Origin: Candidatus Bathyarchaeota archaeon
Lineage (GTDB): Archaea > Thermoproteota > Bathyarchaeia > Bathyarchaeales > Bathycorpusculaceae
Assembly: GCA_963806535.1 (NCBI GenBank)
Contig: CAWDYC010000003.1
Span: 96,001 to 160,000 of the forward strand
DNA: 64,000 nucleotides
Reading direction: 5' to 3'
Made by a program: the position numbers and the translations under genes
Shown: one piece after another, positions 52,751 to 63,580 of the stretch
Position numbering within the stretch: the stretch's first letter is position 1
Layout of the letters: every line of letters starts with the position of its first letter
The notes under the pieces: generated by a model
Told to the model about the DNA's origin: nothing
Database searches by the model: none
What the model saw: the letters and a program-made list of their open reading frames with translations, nothing else

Positions 52751-53962
52751 TTTGCAGTCGCCTCCACAGCTACTTCTTTTTTTGGTAAAGCTGAAATTTT
52801 TTTGTAGAAAGCATCCAGTTTCTCGTTGAAGTCGCCGGCACATCTTGGTGACTCCTCGTACAGTTCGAATCGGTCAAGCAGACCCTTCTTTTTGAGAACA
52901 TTTAGCATGACGCCCAAGTTGCGTTCTGCAGTAGCTCTGCCTTCCTGAAGCTTGCAGTCCTGCGATGAGCAAACCACTGCCATGACACCGTCGAAACCGC
53001 AGTTTAACGCGTTGACAACGTGAACGGGGTCTAAGGATTTGAAGCATGGAACTTCGAGAGTCAATACGTTTTTGCCTGCAAGGACGCTGTTTGGATTATC
53101 TAAGGCTGAAAAGTTTGACCATTGACATACAAATGCCAGAACTGCTGGACCCTTGCCTTGGGCTTTCAATTTTGCGATTGAATCGGCATAGCGGTTTACA
53201 ACATTTTCGAATTCGAAGCCTTTCACTTGGATAGCGTGATGTGGACAAACCAGTTGACAAGCGCCGCAGCCAACACATTTCTCCTCGTCTATTTTTGGAG
53301 TAGCAAACGATTCAAACGTGATTGCTTTGTATGGACAGATGAAGATGCATTTGTCACATCCTACGCATGCCTGCAACGTCGTAGATTGCTTTGCGAGAAA
53401 ACTTTACAACTCTAACCGCATTCTCATCATAACCCAATTGTTCGAGTACATTTCTGGCTAAAACGAGTCTTCGCGTGTTTATTTTTGTGCCTTCTTTGTA
53501 TCGGCAGAATGGGTCTTCACATTGAACTGAAACAATGTTTTTTATTCCTGAATTGAGTGCTTCAAAAACAAAGTCAGTTGGGACTCTGCCTGCACATGGC
53601 AACCGCAAGGCAATATAGTTACCAACTTTTAATCCCTGTTCTTTAAGAATGTCTTGAACTTCGCCTGTGTTAGGTGAGTTTCCTCGGCACATTAAAACAA
53701 GCGTTTCCACATTCTTGGTTTTTGCAAGTGCCTCTTTAACATAGTTTGAGAGGTTATCGTAAGTGTAATATTGCATTTTTATGGCTGAACTTGGGCAAGC
53801 ACTGTAGCATATCCCGCAGACTTGGCAGTCTTGACTGTTCACTTCAACTTTTCCGGTTGAATCAGCTTTTATTGCTTCGTATGGACAAATTGATTTGCAT
53901 ACATAACATCGACTGCATAAGTCTTGGTCGATTTCTACTACAGCGAGACATTTTTCACTCAT
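52738..53962 (-). CDS. Tandem (2x[4Fe-4S] ferredoxin + MvhD-like) protein, one frameshift
   Basis: CxxCxxCxxxCP motifs followed by LRLPCAGRV...C...CRY, and again by FVCQW...VPCF...C...CKL. Confidence 0.78.
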
Positions 53963-54073
53963 TCTGAAACCTCTTTTCATACACCGCTGCTACTTTAAAC
54001 TGACAGCAAATATGCTAGCTTAAAGCCTATTGAAAACATGAAAAACGGTTTAGAATGATATAATCGTTTCTCT

Positions 54074-55015
54074 CTATTTTCTGTAATAAGGTCGTTTAAT
54101 GTAACTGTAGGCTTCAAGTGCCGCAGTGATGCCTTCTCCAACCGCCGTTCCAACCTGCTTAATCGGCTGATTAGTGACGTCGCCCGCAGCAAACACACCT
54201 AAAAGATTTGTCTGTTGGTTCACGTCAACTTTTATGTATCCATGTTCGTCGGTTTCTACTCCGGCAGCTTTGGCAAGTTGGCTGTTTGGTGCTTCGCCGA
54301 CTTGAACGAAAACCGCGTCAACCAATAGTTCGGTTGTTTTGTTTGTCATGTTATCAATTAAAGTGACTGTTTTGACTTGTTTGTCTCCTTTGATTTCTTG
54401 AATTTCTGTGTTCCACATGATTTTAACGTTGTTTTTTGCTGAAATATCTGAGATTAACGATTCTTCTGCTCTGAACGCTTGTTTTCGATGAATTACGATA
54501 ACTTCTGAAGCTAGACCAGAAAGGTAAATCGTAGTTGTGCAAGCTGTATTTCCTCCACCAACGACAATGACACGTTTGCCCTTGAAAAAAGGTCCATCAC
54601 ACACTCCACAGTAGCTGACCCCTCTGCCGCGAAATTCTTTTTCGCCTTTGGCTCCAACTTCCTTGTAATGTGAACCAGTTGAAAAAATCACTGCTTTTGT
54701 CTCGTAGGTTGCGTTTGAAGTTTTCACAATTTTCTTTTCGCCCATAAGCTCCAATTCCGTTACAGGCTCAATATCATGAATGACTGCACCAATCTTTTTG
54801 CAGTGATTAGTCATTTTTTCAGCAAGTTCCCCACCGCTGATCTCTGCAAATCCAGGATAATTAACCACTAATGAGGCATCAGCGATGGTGCCACCTGCTA
54901 GCTTTTCATCTAAAATTAAAGTTTTCAATCCGCTTCGAACAGCGTAAATTCCCGCTGATAAACCTGCGGAGCCAGCACCGATTATTATTACATCCCAAGT
55001 ATCCATGTTATTCAA
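54074..55015 (-). CDS. trxB: Thioredoxin reductase
   Basis: GAGSAG, GVSYCGVCDG, GGGNTA, FAAGD. Confidence 0.92.
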   Translation of the reverse strand: MNNMDTWDVIIIGAGSAGLSAGIYAVRSGLKTLILDEKLAGGTIADASLVVNYPGFAEISGGELAEKMTNHCKKIGAVIHDIEPVTELELMGEKKIVKTSNATYETKAVIFSTGSHYKEVGAKGEKEFRGRGVSYCGVCDGPFFKGKRVIVVGGGNTACTTTIYLSGLASEVIVIHRKQAFRAEESLISDISAKNNVKIMWNTEIQEIKGDKQVKTVTLIDNMTNKTTELLVDAVFVQVGEAPNSQLAKAAGVETDEHGYIKVDVNQQTNLLGVFAAGDVTNQPIKQVGTAVGEGITAALEAYSYIKRPYYRK

Positions 55016-55166
55016 CTCTTGCTAAGTAAATATTGGAATTAGTGTAATTTATGAATTGTTGGAATTTTTTCGCAAGTCTCTTTCTGAAATTGACAAAAAG
55101 GTTAGCCAATAAACAGATAAAGCGGAAATCGTTTAATTAATATTAACAGTTTTTGAAGGTGTTATT

Positions 55167-56924
55167 TTGGCAAGATACAGATGCACAGTCTGCAATTACG
55201 TCTATGACGAAGCAAAAGAGGGCAAGAAGTTTAGTGATTTGCCTAAGGAATGGGTTTGCCCGGTTTGTGGAGCACCCAAATCAGTTTTCGTCTTGTTAAC
55301 TGAACAAGCTGAAGAGAAAAAAGCAGAACATACAGTTTCAGATATTTTAATAAACCAAATTGCCGAATGGGGAGTCCAATACGTTTTCGGCATTCCAGGC
55401 ACCTCAACTTTAGGCGTTGTAGATGCCATACGTAAAAGCAACGGCAAAGTCAAGTACCTGCAGGTCAGGCATGAAGAAACAGCAGCGTTTATGGCTTCAG
55501 CCTACGGAAAACTTACCGGACATGTTGCCGCTTGCCTTGGAATTTCTGGTCCAGGAACCACCAATTTGGCTACTGGCTTGTACGATGCCAAGTTGGATCA
55601 TTCGCCTGTTTTAGCGTTAACTGGAATGGTGCCTAGGCCGCTAATAGGTGCAGGCTCGTTGCAAGAGGTTGATCAATACGCTTTTTTTGAGCCTTTATCC
55701 GTTTTTAACAGTGTTTTGATGTCTGAAGATCAAACAACGTCGCTTGCTACTTTGGCTATTAAACATGCACTTTTAGATCGAGGAGTAGCTCACATTGGAA
55801 TTCCTAATGACGTGCAGAAGCTTTCTTATGAAGCAAATATTTTGCCTTTTGAAGGCAGAATGCCCAATCTTGCTTATGGGCAAGAAGAATGGTTGATTGA
55901 AAAGGCTGCAAAAGTCATTGACCAAGCCGTTAGACCGGTTATTCTTGCAGGTTTTGGGGCAAGAGGTCAAGGAACGAAACTGTTAAAGTTAGCAACAAAA
56001 CTTTCCGCGCCAATAATTACAACTTTTAGATCAAAAGGAGTAATTGACGAACATGAATCCTTGGATGTCGGTTGCCACGGCGGTGTCGGTTCAACAGCAG
56101 CAAGTGTATTAATGCATAAAGCAGATTTGCTGATAGCTATTGGAAGCTCATTTTCAGATTTATCACTTATTCCACAGAAAAAAACCGTGCAGATCGACAT
56201 TAACCCATTAATGATTGCACGCAGATACCCAGTTGAAGTCGGCTTGCTGGGCAACAGTGCAGTATTGATTCCAAAGCTAACAGAAAAGGTCCAACAAAAA
56301 CAGAACCCAGAATATCTATCTGAGATTGCCAAGTTGAAGCAGGATTGGCTAAACCAACTTGAAAAAGAAGCAGACGACAAAATGAAGCCGATCAGACCAC
56401 CATACATAATCAAGGTTTTGAACGAAAAATTTGCAGATGACGCCGTAATTTCTTTAGACGTAGGCGAAAACTGCTGGTGGTTTGGCCGCAACTTCATGAT
56501 GAAGAAGACCCAGAAAATAGTAATGAGCGGCTCATTAGCCACCATGGGTTTTGGTTTACCAGGCGCTATGGCTGCAGCATTAGCATATCCCAACAAACAA
56601 ATTATCTGTTTAACCGGAGACGGCGGATTAACGATGGTTCTAGGCGATTTCTTAACTGCCTTGAAATATCGATTGCCCGTTAAAGTTTTCGTGATGAACA
56701 ATAAACGGTTGGGGATGATTATGCAAGAGCAAAAAGTTGAGGGTTACGAAGGCTGGCAAACTGACCTCTACGATTACAATTTCGCTGATTTTGCCGAGCA
56801 TTCTGGCGGTTTGGGCATAAAAGTTACTGAGCCAAGCGAGTTCCGGGCGGCAGTCGACACAGCACTGTTTGCCAATAAACCCACAATTGTAGATATCGAT
56901 ACAGACCCAAGGAGATTTTTGTAG
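55167..56924 (+). CDS. Rubredoxin-fused TPP enzyme (pyruvate oxidase/acetolactate synthase family)
   Basis: N-terminal CTVC...WVCPVCG; [23 protein letters not shown]...NN. Confidence 0.88.
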   Translation: MARYRCTVCNYVYDEAKEGKKFSDLPKEWVCPVCGAPKSVFVLLTEQAEEKKAEHTVSDILINQIAEWGVQYVFGIPGTSTLGVVDAIRKSNGKVKYLQVRHEETAAFMASAYGKLTGHVAACLGISGPGTTNLATGLYDAKLDHSPVLALTGMVPRPLIGAGSLQEVDQYAFFEPLSVFNSVLMSEDQTTSLATLAIKHALLDRGVAHIGIPNDVQKLSYEANILPFEGRMPNLAYGQEEWLIEKAAKVIDQAVRPVILAGFGARGQGTKLLKLATKLSAPIITTFRSKGVIDEHESLDVGCHGGVGSTAASVLMHKADLLIAIGSSFSDLSLIPQKKTVQIDINPLMIARRYPVEVGLLGNSAVLIPKLTEKVQQKQNPEYLSEIAKLKQDWLNQLEKEADDKMKPIRPPYIIKVLNEKFADDAVISLDVGENCWWFGRNFMMKKTQKIVMSGSLATMGFGLPGAMAAALAYPNKQIICLTGDGGLTMVLGDFLTALKYRLPVKVFVMNNKRLGMIMQEQKVEGYEGWQTDLYDYNFADFAEHSGGLGIKVTEPSEFRAAVDTALFANKPTIVDIDTDPRRFL

Positions 56925-57350
56925 GTGAATTTTATGGCTGCAGATCAAAGATTAACGTTTGCGTTTATTGTGTCGCTGGTTGGAGGCTTAATCGTCTTGA
57001 TTGCAAGCTTAGTGAATGTTGTTTGGTTTCTTTCTGGTGCTGCCAACTTTGGAGGTTTTGGCAACTTTATGCGTGGAGCTATGGGTGAGTATCATGGCTT
57101 CATGGGCAGCTATGGCACTTCGAACAGTTTTCTTGCCGGCATCTCAATCGTCGGCTTAGTCTGCGGAGTAATTGTCTTAATCGGCGCCATAATGTTAAGA
57201 GTTGACACACATCAAAGCACACTCTGGGCAATAGTCGTCATAATATTTTCAGTTGTCAGCTTTGCTGGAATGGGCGGCTATTTCATCGGTGCAGTGCTGG
57301 GCATTGTTGGCGGAGCTTTTGTTTTGGCTACCAGACAAACAAATCCTTAG
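56925..57350 (+). CDS. Membrane protein
   Basis: Hydrophobic helices, GGYFIGAVLGIVGG. Confidence 0.7.
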   Translation: MNFMAADQRLTFAFIVSLVGGLIVLIASLVNVVWFLSGAANFGGFGNFMRGAMGEYHGFMGSYGTSNSFLAGISIVGLVCGVIVLIGAIMLRVDTHQSTLWAIVVIIFSVVSFAGMGGYFIGAVLGIVGGAFVLATRQTNP

Positions 57351-57707
57351 TCCAAATCGCGAAATTTATTGATGAAAAATATGTTTCAATGACTAAAACG
57401 GCAAGTAACTTTCTTTTTTTAGATTTTTTTCACGCTACCTCTCGATAGGTGGAAATATATACGTTTTGTCAGTACATTTGTATATACATTGGGTAACTAA
57501 ATCTGCATTCTAAGTAGAACATCAACGGTTGGTGTTAGCACTGGGTGTTGTTCTTCTCTGAAAGAAGTAGGAACGGAAGAAAAAACACCGCATCCTACTT
57601 CTACCTCTTAACTTTAGAAGAAGAAACTAGAAAAAACACTTCTTACTTTCAAAAAACATGCGATGGCGAAGTGCCATGCCTAAAAAGACAGAGGATATAA
57701 TAATAAA

Positions 57708-60332
57708 TTAAGATCCCGAAAACGATTTCCAAAATGCAATGTAATCACTCACAAAAATAATGAAATCACTGCCATCAATTTTGCCGTCGTGATTTAGATC
57801 GCAAGCTATCTCAAGAGTTCCATTTTGGTAATAATGAATGTAAGCGTCAACAAAATGTATAAAGTCGCTGCCATCAACGCTGAAATCATGATTGAAATCT
57901 ATCCTCGGCTCAGATAAAACCAAGACCGAACCATCATAAGTTGACATAGGAATGTTGATATCAGTATAGGGAAATTTGGGATCATAACTATGAAGTTTAG
58001 AATCAGCTTCTAAATTAATGCTAGCGTTACCTGTTCTTACTGCTTGAAAAGTAAGTGTAGCCAACACGCCAGAACCATTCACAACATTAGAGTCTGCCAT
58101 TGCGCAGTTTATTCCGCCTAAAAGGGTGTCCAAAGTATTATTAATTATTCCACTTTCGAACAAAGTGGTACCTGCCTGCCTAAGAAACTGCCCCTCACTA
58201 GTACCTAGTAATTCCAAATTAGAAGACCAGCTAACACCCAAAACATAAGCCCATAAACAAGACACGTTATCAACCCTAATATCCACATCAAATTGACTAC
58301 CGTTGACTACAACCATATTTGTGCTCTTAGTGCCAAACCGAGCAATGCTGACTTTCGGCCCCTGGTTGAGATCAATTACGGTTATTGGGGCTGTAGCTTC
58401 TAAACCAGAAAAAGCCGCTGTTACTCTCCAGTTTCCCGTGTAGGCAGAAGTATATAGGTTACCAGACCAAAAACCGCCTGCACCCCTGCTGATACTCCAA
58501 TTTACCTCCGAAGAAACATCCCAAAAATTTCCCGAAGAATCATGCGCAATAGCAGTGTAAGCTTGGCTCATATTACCAAGTATGATAGAGTAAGGTGTAT
58601 CTATCGATAGTGACGTTGGATTTCCATGCTCAATTATTGTAAACGAAGATGAGCTGTTAGAGCCCAGATATGTTCCTGTTACTGTGAAATTGCCGGGACT
58701 CCCACCACCAGCGTAGAATTTGTTGTAATTCAAAAACCCGTAACTATTCGGATCTACGCTCCAAGTTGTTAGGCTAGTAACATCCCAAGCTTTACCATTT
58801 GAATCGATAACGGTAGCGTTAAACGAGACATTCGAGTAGGGATATACCGTTGTGTTTGAAGTGGCGAAAATCAGAAAGGTAAAACTGGCGTTGGGAGTTA
58901 ACGTTAAAGTGGTACTTGAATCGCTTGGCAAATTGTTTGAGTCTCCACTGTAAGTTGCTGTAATTGTTATTTCGCCGATTTTTTGGTCTGTGTAAGAGAC
59001 TGTTGAATTTCCAGAGGTTAATTCTGTTTGAGTTGAGTTGAAAATTCCTGTGCTGCTGCTTGTGTTCCACGTTATCGTGCCAGTAGCGTTAGAGGGATGT
59101 ATTGTGGCGGTACAGATAACAGAGGAATTGGCACGAGCAAGGTTGGGAGAACAGGTCAAGGATACCCCGAAACCCCCAAAAGCGTATACATTTCCATCAT
59201 AGGAGCCTATGTATACCTTGCCGTTGGCAATGCCAAGTGATGATCCTACTGGACCTCCTGTTTGGTAAGTCCATATTTGGCTTCCAATTGATGCGTTTAA
59301 GGCATATAAGTTATCCCTTGAACCTGTGAAGAGCACTCCACCAGCAATAGCAGGGGATGAACCGTCACTATAGATTTGGCTACTCCACACTTTACTGCCC
59401 GTTGAAGCGTTTAAAGCATACAGGTATCCATCAGTCGAACTTACATAAACTATACCTTCGGCAACAGCAGGCGATGACATTATTTGACCATTTGTTTGGA
59501 AACTCCATATTAAGCTACCAGTCAAGGCATCCAAAGCAAATATGTTTCCATTTACTGAGTTGATTTCTTGAACATATCCTGAGCCAACATAAACAATCCC
59601 ATTAGCAACAGCAGGAGATGTTGTTATAGGCAGTTCTGATCTGAAATTCCAGAGTACGTCGCCGTTAGTTGCGTTAAAAGCATAAGAATTACCATGACCG
59701 TCGCCACTGATTGAGCCTATGTAGATTATCCCATTAACCACAGCAGAAGACGCTGAATATTCTATTGTATAATCTACTGTACTATTCCATATTTGACTTC
59801 CTGAAGAAGCATTTAAAGCAAATAAAGTGTTTAGCGAACTTAAATAGAGTACACCATTGGCAATAGCAGGTGAGGAGTAGACACCGTTGGGGGTTCCTAT
59901 TTGGTAACTCCATAACTTGTTACTATTGGAAGCATTCAAAGCATATATGTAACCATCTGCTGAGCCCACGTAAACTACGTCACCCAAGATAGCAGGAGAT
60001 GAGACCACCGGTCCACCTGTTTTGTATGTCCAAAGGGTTTTGTTTGTTAACGGAGCTGTGGAAGAAGAGTAGCCTGAGTGGCTTAAGTCTCCACGGAACA
60101 TTGGCCATGATTTTGAGTCGCCGTTCCAATCGCTGCTCTGGTTATCTGCATTGGCGATTTTCAACGTCCCAATTATTGTTGAGGTCAACATGCTTGTTAA
60201 CATAATCAATAAAAGTAACATGCATGCGGTTTTCTTATACAACTTTTCTTCTCCAATAATAGGTGAATGTGGAGCATAGAAGTATATGGTTCCATTCACT
60301 ATAGAAAATGAGAAAAAAATAGTTTTTATCAC
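57708..60332 (-). CDS. Secreted PQQ-type beta-propeller protein with Ig-like, cohesin-like and dockerin-like modules
   Basis: WPMFRGD, SSPA...VYVGS...YALNA repeats, GSGVLATLTF, DFNHDFSVDGSD/DLNHDGKIDGSD pair; real start probably near 60242. Confidence 0.82.
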   Translation of the reverse strand: MIKTIFFSFSIVNGTIYFYAPHSPIIGEEKLYKKTACMLLLLIMLTSMLTSTIIGTLKIANADNQSSDWNGDSKSWPMFRGDLSHSGYSSSTAPLTNKTLWTYKTGGPVVSSPAILGDVVYVGSADGYIYALNASNSNKLWSYQIGTPNGVYSSPAIANGVLYLSSLNTLFALNASSGSQIWNSTVDYTIEYSASSAVVNGIIYIGSISGDGHGNSYAFNATNGDVLWNFRSELPITTSPAVANGIVYVGSGYVQEINSVNGNIFALDALTGSLIWSFQTNGQIMSSPAVAEGIVYVSSTDGYLYALNASTGSKVWSSQIYSDGSSPAIAGGVLFTGSRDNLYALNASIGSQIWTYQTGGPVGSSLGIANGKVYIGSYDGNVYAFGGFGVSLTCSPNLARANSSVICTATIHPSNATGTITWNTSSSTGIFNSTQTELTSGNSTVSYTDQKIGEITITATYSGDSNNLPSDSSTTLTLTPNASFTFLIFATSNTTVYPYSNVSFNATVIDSNGKAWDVTSLTTWSVDPNSYGFLNYNKFYAGGGSPGNFTVTGTYLGSNSSSSFTIIEHGNPTSLSIDTPYSIILGNMSQAYTAIAHDSSGNFWDVSSEVNWSISRGAGGFWSGNLYTSAYTGNWRVTAAFSGLEATAPITVIDLNQGPKVSIARFGTKSTNMVVVNGSQFDVDIRVDNVSCLWAYVLGVSWSSNLELLGTSEGQFLRQAGTTLFESGIINNTLDTLLGGINCAMADSNVVNGSGVLATLTFQAVRTGNASINLEADSKLHSYDPKFPYTDINIPMSTYDGSVLVLSEPRIDFNHDFSVDGSDFIHFVDAYIHYYQNGTLEIACDLNHDGKIDGSDFIIFVSDYIAFWKSFSGS

Positions 60333-60406
60333 TTCTATTTAGAGCTCCCCAACAAAAGAATCTGCTTACCGCTACCGCATAATTCCGAAAAGTTAAAGGA
60401 AAACTT

Positions 60407-60509
60407 TGGTAGCGGGGAGTAGATTTGAACTACTGATCTCTGGGTATCTCACAGCACAACTGTCGCCGTTATGAGCCCAGCGGGTTAATCCTGGCTACCC
60501 CACCCCGCT
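60407..60509 (-). tRNA. Initiator tRNA-Met(CAT) with 24-nt intron at about 60446-60469
   Basis: A1-U72 pair, three G-C pairs in the anticodon stem, intron at position 37/38, encoded CCA. Confidence 0.93.
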
Positions 60510-60639
60510 ATATTTATTTTATAAAGGATGATTTAGCATCCTATTAGGTTATTCGTCAAATATTAATAGTTTCTTTTTCGTTTTCAGCAAAAGGATTTTA
60601 GAGGCGACATACACATTCTTTGCCGAAGGATGTTTACTG

Positions 60640-61308
60640 ATGGATAAGCCGTATTTGCGTAAGCTTTCAGAGCCGACTCTTGAGAACCCAATTTTTGTTC
60701 AGGGACTTCCAGGTTTTGGAAATGTCGGCAGAATTGCGGCACATCTGCTTATAAAATTCTTTGACGCAAAACCTTTTGCAGAGCTGTATTCTCCTTCGTT
60801 TCCAGATTACGTGGGAATAAGCAGCAAGGGCATCTGTCATTTGCCTAAATACGAGTTTTATTATGCTCCCATGGAGAAAAACAATTTAGTTATAATGACA
60901 GGTGAAATTCAACCTTCATTTGACGATGTGGTTGCTCACTACGTTGTTTGTGAAGAAGTGATTGATTTTGCTGCTTCGTTAGGTTGCCACTTTATTGTAA
61001 CTATGGGCGGCATACCGATAACTGAGGATAAGGCTCAGGTTTACGTTGCAGCTACTTCACCGAGGTTAGCGACTGAATTTATGGAAAAAGGCGCGGTTAT
61101 TTACAGCAAAGGCAGAATCGTTGGGGGAACAGGGCTTACTTTGGCGATGGCGAAAGAAAGAAAACTGGAAGGAGTAGCCTTACTGGGAACCACCACGGGT
61201 TTTAAAGCTGACCGAGAAGCTGGATTTTTGGTTTTTAAGTTTTTGATGAAGTCTTTGGGAAAAGAGATAAAAGAAGGTTTAGGAGAAAGCATTGCATCAG
61301 AAGAGTAA
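60640..61308 (+). CDS. PAC2-family proteasome assembly chaperone-like protein
   Basis: GLPGFGNVGRIAA, LYSPSFP, IVTMGG. Confidence 0.88.
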   Translation: MDKPYLRKLSEPTLENPIFVQGLPGFGNVGRIAAHLLIKFFDAKPFAELYSPSFPDYVGISSKGICHLPKYEFYYAPMEKNNLVIMTGEIQPSFDDVVAHYVVCEEVIDFAASLGCHFIVTMGGIPITEDKAQVYVAATSPRLATEFMEKGAVIYSKGRIVGGTGLTLAMAKERKLEGVALLGTTTGFKADREAGFLVFKFLMKSLGKEIKEGLGESIASEE

Positions 61309-61326
61309 GTTAAGGCGGGGTTACAG

Positions 61327-61561
61327 TTGACTGAAACAGAAGAAAACATGAATGTTGAAGTTACATATTCAAAATTCACAAGGGTTGCATTTGTAGTTAT
61401 ATCAATGCTTTTAATTTTTGTAGGTCCAACCTATGTTCCATACGCAATGGAAAAAGTCAACGTAAACGGATATGTTATCAGCAGGAGTCGGCGCCTTACT
61501 GTTCATTGTAGGCTTAGTGTTCATGCTGTTTCTGGTTAAGAAGAAGGTTATACAAGCTTAA
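61327..61561 (+). CDS. Small membrane protein, frameshifted
   Basis: Hydrophobic ORF continuing in another frame. Confidence 0.5.
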
Positions 61562-61743
61562 TTTTGCCTCAGATACCCCAGGGTGCATCATCAATCAGCA
61601 TTTTAGATTCTTCATCGGCAACGCTCTATAAACAATGCCTGTTTTATTAACTATTCTTAACAGCTTTTGACAGAAAACCCTGAGTTCAAATATACTTCCA
61701 AAATACATAAGGCATATTAAATATTAACTCAGCAATAGCGTAT

Positions 61744-62331
61744 ATGCAGAATAGAAGCCGAGTAGCTCCTGATTTGCCTACGCAGAAAAATGAAGAAGCA
61801 AAAAGAACAACAATAATTCTTGAAAAGAAAGAACGAGAATTCATTGAATCACTCATCAGAGAAGGCAAAGAACCAGGAATTAAACCGCTTATTTCCAAAA
61901 TGCTCGAAATGTACAAAAGCATGATGGTTTACGACTGGAATTTTCCAGGCGAATATTACTGCGGAATAAGCCGCATAGCACTTGTGAACGTAGAATTATT
62001 TAACATATTAACTCAGCAGATTCCAAAAGAAAAATGGCATGTGATTGGTGAAAATATGGGTAATGCCCTAAAAGTTTCTATCCAATCAACATCTGGAATT
62101 GAAGCAAACGAACAGGCAAATTGGGAAAAAGTTTTCGAACGCTTAAAAGTGCAGGGATTCGGAGATTTCTATTTGAAAGACAAGTTTTTACTTCTGAAAA
62201 ATCCGTTCATTAATGACTGCGAAATCTGGAAAGGTATATTGGAAGGATTACTAAGCGTTGAGTTGGAAACCAAAAATTCGGTGCCACCGTTGGTTTTTGA
62301 AGTTAAAGAGCCTAAACAGCCTTCAGTTTAG
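61744..62331 (+). CDS. Hypothetical protein, possible RHH-type N-terminus
   Basis: 195-aa ORF; KRTTIILE strand followed by helices. Confidence 0.6.
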   Translation: MQNRSRVAPDLPTQKNEEAKRTTIILEKKEREFIESLIREGKEPGIKPLISKMLEMYKSMMVYDWNFPGEYYCGISRIALVNVELFNILTQQIPKEKWHVIGENMGNALKVSIQSTSGIEANEQANWEKVFERLKVQGFGDFYLKDKFLLLKNPFINDCEIWKGILEGLLSVELETKNSVPPLVFEVKEPKQPSV

Positions 62332-62411
62332 CGTCTTTTTGGCATTCGACAGTTAAATATTAGAGAACAGATTTATTAGGAAGACAGGTATTTAGGTGCT
62401 TCCAGTGGTAT

Positions 62412-62506
62412 ATGATGAGGGATTGCGTTCATACAAGGCGATTGCGTTCATTAGAAGCAATCCAAAATGCCTAAGTCAAAAATCAATTAGTTATTTGAAA
62501 TTAGGC
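62412..62506 (+). promoter_or_regulatory. Structured his-operon leader with short upstream ORF
   Basis: 12-bp direct repeat GATTGCGTTCAT, complementary GCAATCC, GCCTAA/TTAGGC stem, uORF 62412-62474. Confidence 0.4.
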
Positions 62507-62580
62507 GCAAACCTCCGAAGTACCGTTTTATCAAAACAAAAAACCCTTAGTGGTTTCTCTGAAAATTTAGGTGAAAAATT

Positions 62581-63580
62581 ATGGATAAAATAAAATTTGC
62601 AATCCCAAAAGGCTCCCTAGCAAAAGCCACAGCTGAATTCTTCTCTAAATCAGGCTTCAAAATTGGCGGAACAGAACGAACATACCGCCCAAGCATAAAC
62701 GACCCCCAAATCGAAATGAAGGTTCTAAGACCCCAAGAAATCCCAGTGTTTGTCAGTGAAGGCTTACAGGACATTGGCATTACAGGAGAAGATTGGGTTA
62801 AAGAAAACCGTGCAGACGTAGAAATCCTACAGAACCTAGAATATGGAAAAATCAAACTTGTCATAGCAGTACCAAAATCCTGTGAAAACATGACAATGGG
62901 CGAGTTTATGGAGTCAATTTGGAGCTCAGGGCAAAAACTTCCGCATCAGCACCGAATACCTCAACATAGCCTCCGAATACCTCAAAAACACACCCCAATA
63001 CAAGAAACGTTTCGGCGACGCCGACCCAATGCTTGTAACACCATGGTGGAGAAAAGGCGACAACCCAAGAGCAAAAATTTTCCTTTCCTTCGGAGCAACC
63101 GAGGCAAAGCCACCAGAAGACTCGGACGCATAATGGACGTAACAGAAACAGGCACAACAATTGAAGCTAACAACCTAAGAATCATAGAAACCGTCATGAA
63201 ATCTTCCGCTGTTCTGATCGCAAACAAGAAAGCTTTAGAAGATCCAGAGAAACGAGAAAAAATCTACGACATAGTAGCCCTACTCAAAGGTGTCGTTGAT
63301 GGTTCTAAGAGAATCCACATATTTGTCAACGTCAAAAAAGCAAATCTTCAGAAACTACTAACTGAATTGCCCGCCTTGAAAAACCCAACCATATCGCCAC
63401 TAGCGGATGACACATGGGTAAGCGTAAACACTGTTATCGAAAAAGACTGCCTAATTGAGCTTCTACCAAAAATCCGAAAAATCGCCCAAGGCTTAGTCGT
63501 TTATGAGCCAAGGCAGGTGCTAGCTTTAGATGAGATTGCTAAAAGAGTGGAGAACCCGTGCAAGAAGCAAAGCCAAGTGA
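62581..63580 (+). CDS. hisG: ATP phosphoribosyltransferase (long form), frameshifted
   Basis: FAIPKGSL, RPQEIP, DIGITGED, SFGATEAKPP, ETGTT, PTISPL. Confidence 0.92.

Noticed and set aside
57563-57645. Inverted repeat AGAAGTAGGA/TCCTACTTCT and duplicated GAAAAAACAC
   Set aside because: Short and located between convergent genes; compatible with an ordinary 3'-end structure.
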